From the human T2T-CHM13v2.0 reference genome, Homo sapiens, in NCBI RefSeq assembly GCF_009914755.1, contig NC_060932.1: a stretch of 64,000 nucleotides of DNA. One strand, 5' to 3'. The notes beneath the pieces were generated by a model. That model was not told where the DNA came from and ran no database searches. It saw nothing but the letters and a program-made list of their open reading frames with translations. The translations under genes were made by a program, and so were the position numbers. Positions 59,082 through 64,000 of this stretch are shown piece by piece. The stretch's first letter is position 1. Each line of letters starts with the position of its first letter.

Positions 59082-61593
59082 CTCTAGTTCTTTTAGTTGA
59101 GATAGTAGGTTGTTAAACTTGAGATCTTTTTAGCTTTTTGATGTGGGCATTTAGTGCTATAAGTTTCCCTCTTGACATTGCTTTAGCTATGTCTCAGCAA
59201 TTCTAGTGCCTTGTCTCTGTGTTCTCATTAATTTCAAAGAACTTTTTCATTTCTGCCTTAATTTCAATATTTACCCAGGAATCATTTAGGAGCAGATTGT
59301 TCAATTTGTTTCAATTTCCATGTAATTGTGTTTTTAGTGAGTTTCTTAGCCTTGAGTTCTAATTTTATTGTGCTGTGGTCTGAGAAACTGTTATCATTTC
59401 AGTTCTTTTGCATTTGCTGAGGAGTGTTTTCTTCAATTTTGTGACCAATTTTAGAGTAAGTATTATGTGGCAATGAGAAGAATGTATATTCTGTTGTCTT
59501 GGGGTGGAGAGTTCTGTAGATATCAATCACGTCTGCTTGATCCAGAGCTGAGTTCAGTTGCTGAATATCTTTATTAAATTTTTGTCTCAATTATCTGTCT
59601 AGTATTGTCAGTGGGGTATTAATGTCTCTCACTATTACTGTGTGTGAGTCTACATCTCTTTGTAGGCCTCCAAGAACTTGCTTTGTGAATACAGGTGCTC
59701 CTATATTGGGTGCATATATATTTAGAATAGTTAACTCTTCTTGTTTAATTGAACCCTTTATCATTATATTATATAAGTTGGTTTAAAGTCTGTTTTGTCA
59801 GAAACTAGGATTGCAATCCTTGCTTTTTTTTGTTGTCCATTTGCTTGGTAAATTTTCCTCCATCCCTTTATTTTGAGCTTATGTATGTCTTTGCATGTGA
59901 GATGAGTCTCTTGAAGACAGCATAGCAATTGGTCTTGACTCTTTATCCAGCTTGTCATTCTTTATCTTTTAATTGGGGCATTTAGCCCATTTACATTTAA
60001 GGTTCGTATTGTTATGTGTGAATTTCATCCTGTCATCATGGGGCTAGCTGTTATTTTGCAGTCTTGTTTATGTGGTTGCTTCATAGCATCACTGGTCTGT
60101 ATACTTCAGTGTGTTTTTGTAGTGGCTGGTAATGGTTTTCCCTTCCTTATTTCGTGCTTCCTTCAGGAGGTCTTGCAAAGCAGGCCTGTGTGGCCCTCTT
60201 TGTGGGTTTTATCTACCTTCAATTTTTGAGGTTGCTGACCTTTGAATGGGGTTTTTGTGGGGCCTTTTTTGTTGATGTTTTTGTTGCTTTCTGTTTGTTT
60301 TTCTTTTAGCAGTGAGACCAGTTTTTGCTAGGGCTGCTGCAGTTTGCTGGGAGATCCTTCCATGTCCTAGTTGCCTTAGTTTTTCTCTTACCTAGAGGTA
60401 TCACCAGTGAAGGCTATGAAACAGCAAAGATGGCAGCCTGCTGCTTTCTCTGGGAGCTCCACCTCAGAGGGGAACTGACCTGTTGCTGGCCTGGAAACTC
60501 CTGTAGGAAGTATCTGGAGACCCTGTTGGGAGATCTCACCCAGTCAGGAGGGACGGAATCAGGGATCCACTTAAAGAATCAGTCTGGCTGCTTTTTGATA
60601 GAGCAGGTGTGCTGCATTGTGAGGAGGGGGCGGTGGGAACCCTTCCTCATTCAGACTGCCTGGACTCTTCAGGGCCATCAAGCTGAAAAGGCTGAGTCAA
60701 CGGAACTGCAGAGACATTGGCCACCCCTCCTCCCAGGGGCTCCATCCCAGGGAGAGATCAGAGTTCTGACCATATAACCCTGGCTGGAGTTACTGAAATT
60801 CCCAGAGAGGAGGGATGGATCACGGTCCCACTTAAAGAAGCAGTCTTGCCGCAATCTGGCACAGCAGCTCTGCTGCATTGTGAGGGACTCCTCCTCATCT
60901 GGACCACCTGGACTCCCCAGAGCTAGCAGGATAGAATGACTGAGTTGATCAACCTAACCGCAGAAATGGTGACTGCTCCTCCCCCCCCAGGAACTCAGCT
61001 ATCTCAGCCAATTTCCAGCCTGTTGCTCTGGTTGGCTGGAATTCCAAGCCAGTGGGTCTTACCTTGTGAGATGCCATGAAAGTGGGCCTGCAGAATGACG
61101 CTGCTTGGCTCCCTGGATTCAGCCTCCTTCCTATGGGAATGTAGGAATGAATCTCCAGCCTTGCTGGGGTTCCCAGGGCTGGAGTGTATAAAACTCCTGG
61201 GTCTCTCTGTGAGCCTGAGTGACTGTTCTGCTGATAGTCTGCGCAGCTCTGTGTATCAGACCCAAGGCCTGGTGGCATGGGCTCATGAAGGGATCTCCTG
61301 ATATGTGGGTTACAAAGATCCATGGGAGAAGCATGGTTTTCTGGGTGAGGATGCACAATCACTCACTGCTTTCCTTGGCTGGGGTGGGGTTCCTTTGGCT
61401 CCATGCCGCTCCTGGGTGGGCTGTCACCCCACCCTGCTTTTCTCCATTCTCCTTGGGTCAAGTAGTCTACCTAGTCAGTCCTAATGCAAGAACCTGGATA
61501 CTTCAGTTCAAGGTGCTGAATTCACTCACTGTTTTCATTCCTCTTCACAAAACCTGTGGACTGCAGCTGCTTCTGATCAGCCATCTTGGCCCC

Positions 61594-61978
61594 TTCTTCA
61601 ATATGCATATTTTCTAAAGTGGGGTCCTTAAGGTGCTAGATCTCCTCAGAAGTCTTTTGAAGGTCCCAGTATCATCCAGTGTTTGAGCTGAAATGAGGAG
61701 GACTCCCTTTTGTAATCACTCTCTTCACCTTGGCAGCTTGAAATGCAGACTCTTCAAAAGAATAAAATTAAGGGATGGGGTGGGAAGGAGAGCAACGAAA
61801 AGCCTTCACCGAGGCCTGAACAGGGTCAAGAGTCAGTCATCATAGACTGGAGGCAGGGAAGAGGGGGGGAATAATAAAAAACAAAATAGAGGAAAAAAGG
61901 ATTCAAGGACAGAGTGATGCTCTCTGTTCAGGGATATCACCTCTGCTGCCTCCATAGAGATCCGATTCACTGCTGGCC
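61594..61978 (-). other. Non-L1 sequence inside the L1PA TSD; probable 5' transduction
   Basis: Lies between the L1 5' end and the second copy of the 12-bp TSD. Confidence 0.7.
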
Positions 61979-62671
61979 TGTTGTTTCTCTTAATATCTTA
62001 CTTACTGTCTGTCTTGAAAAGTTGATGTTATCATTTTTTATTGGTTCATCTTTTAGTCTTTCTACATGAGTAGTTTACACACCACAGTTATAATGTTATA
62101 TTCTTTTTTTCTGTTATAGTGTTATAATATTCTTTTTTTCACTTACTATTGCCAGTGAGTTTTGTACCATCAGATAATTTTTTGTCTCATTAACCTCCTT
62201 TTTAGTTGTGATTGAAGAACTCCCTTTAGCATTTCTTGTAAGGCAGGCCTGGTGTTGATGAAATCCTTCAGCTTTGTTTGTCTGGGAAAGTATATATCTC
62301 CATGTTGGAAGTGTAATTTTCACCAAATATACTATTCTAGGGTAAGAAAAATTTCCTTCACCTCTTTAATATGTCATGCCACTCTCTCCTGGCCTGAAAG
62401 ATTTCCACTGAAAAGTCTGCTGTCAAACACATTGGAGCTCCATTGTATGTTATTAGTTTCTTCCTTTTGTTGCTTTTAGGATTCTTTATGTATCTTTGAC
62501 CATTGGGAGTTTGATTATTAAATGCCTTGATATAGACTTCTTTGGGTTAAATCTATTTAATGTTCTATAACCTTCTTTTACTTGATGTTTATATTCTTCT
62601 CTAGGTTTGGGAAGTTCTCTGATATTATCCATGGGATAAACTTTCTACCCCTTTCTCTTCCTCCTCTTTAA

Positions 62672-63172
<501 letters not shown>

Positions 63173-63617
63173 TTAGGGACAATAACTCTTAGCTTTGCCC
63201 TTTTGAGGCTATTTTCTAGATCTCACAGGTGTGCTTCATTGATTTCTATTATTTTTTCTTTTGTTTCCTCTGACTGTGTGTTTTCAAATAGTCTGTCTTC
63301 AAGTTCATTTAATCTTTCTTCTGCTTGATCCCTTCTGGTATTAAGAGACTCTGATGAATTCTTCAGCATGACATTTGCATTTTGAATTCTAGAATTTCTT
63401 TTTAATTCTTTTTAATTATTTGAATTTCTTTGTTAAATCTATCTGATAGAATTCTGAGATCCTTGTCTGTGTTGTCTTGAATTTCTTTGAGTTTCTTCAA
63501 CATAACTGTTTTGAATTATCTGTCTAAAAGGTCATATATTTTTGTTCTCCAGGATTGGTCTCTTTTAGTTCATTTGGTGAGGTCATATTTTGCTGTATGG
63601 TGTTGACGCTTGTAGAT

Positions 63618-63836
63618 CAAGCTTGTTCAACCCATGGCCTGTGGGCCACATGTGGCTCAGGATGGCTTTGAATGCAGCCCAACACAAATTTGTAAACTTT
63701 GTTAAAACATTATAAGTTTTTTGGGATTTATTTTTTAGATCATCAGCTATTGTTAGTGTTAGTGTATTTTATTTGTGGCTGAAGACAATTCTTTTTCCAA
63801 TGTGGCTCAGGGGAGCCAGAAGATTGGACACCCCTG
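63618..63836. mobile_element. MER30 (hAT-Charlie MITE)
   Basis: CAAGCTTGTTCAACC...TTGGACACCCCTG; exact 8-bp TSD TTGTAGAT at 63610-63617 and 63837-63844. Confidence 0.9.
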
Positions 63837-64000
63837 TTGTAGATGTTCTTTGGTGCCTTAACATTGAAGAATTAGGTATTTATTGTAGTCTTCACAGTCT
63901 GGGGTTGTTTGTACCTGTCCTTGGGAAGACGTTCCGGGAATTTGAAGGACTTGGTCCCCAAGCCCAATAATACTGTGGTTTTACAGACTTATAGAGATAC

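Noticed and set aside
60181-60220. ORF1 loss as a spliced L1 (SpIRE)
   Set aside because: From remembered consensus, the breakpoints do not fall at GT..AG; a deletion is the simpler explanation.
60325-61617. Cluster of GC-richer ORFs suggesting a gene or CpG island
   Set aside because: This is the CpG-depleted L1PA 5' UTR.

Overview
AT-rich, repeat-saturated primate (human-like; AluY, AluS, THE1 and MER11 present) genomic DNA, either intergenic or deep intronic. I find no recognisable protein-coding gene, RNA gene or CRISPR array. The ORFs I can recognise derive from Alu, L1, Tigger1, THE1/ERVL or simple repeats; the remainder look like chance ORFs. The window is a layered transposon record: old L1M and L2 LINEs, a near-full-length Tigger1, MER5A, MER30 and MER75 DNA transposons, MLT1, THE1, MER11 and LTR33-like LTRs, an ERVL pol remnant and ten Alus, many with readable target-site duplications (TSDs). 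Highlights: (1) an L1PA insertion (54980-61978) whose 12-bp TSD encloses about 385 bp of non-L1 DNA upstream of the L1 5' end, consistent with a 5' transduction, and which also lacks almost all of ORF1; (2) a decayed Ty3/Gypsy pol (RT, RNase H, probable integrase; minus strand, ~36.3-38.6 kb) absent from the ORF track, with a weak PNMA-like gag candidate next to it; (3) several short, locally templated duplications and perfect hairpins. Subfamily names and consensus comparisons are from memory and need RepeatMasker/Dfam confirmation. I see no evidence of a new multi-gene system.
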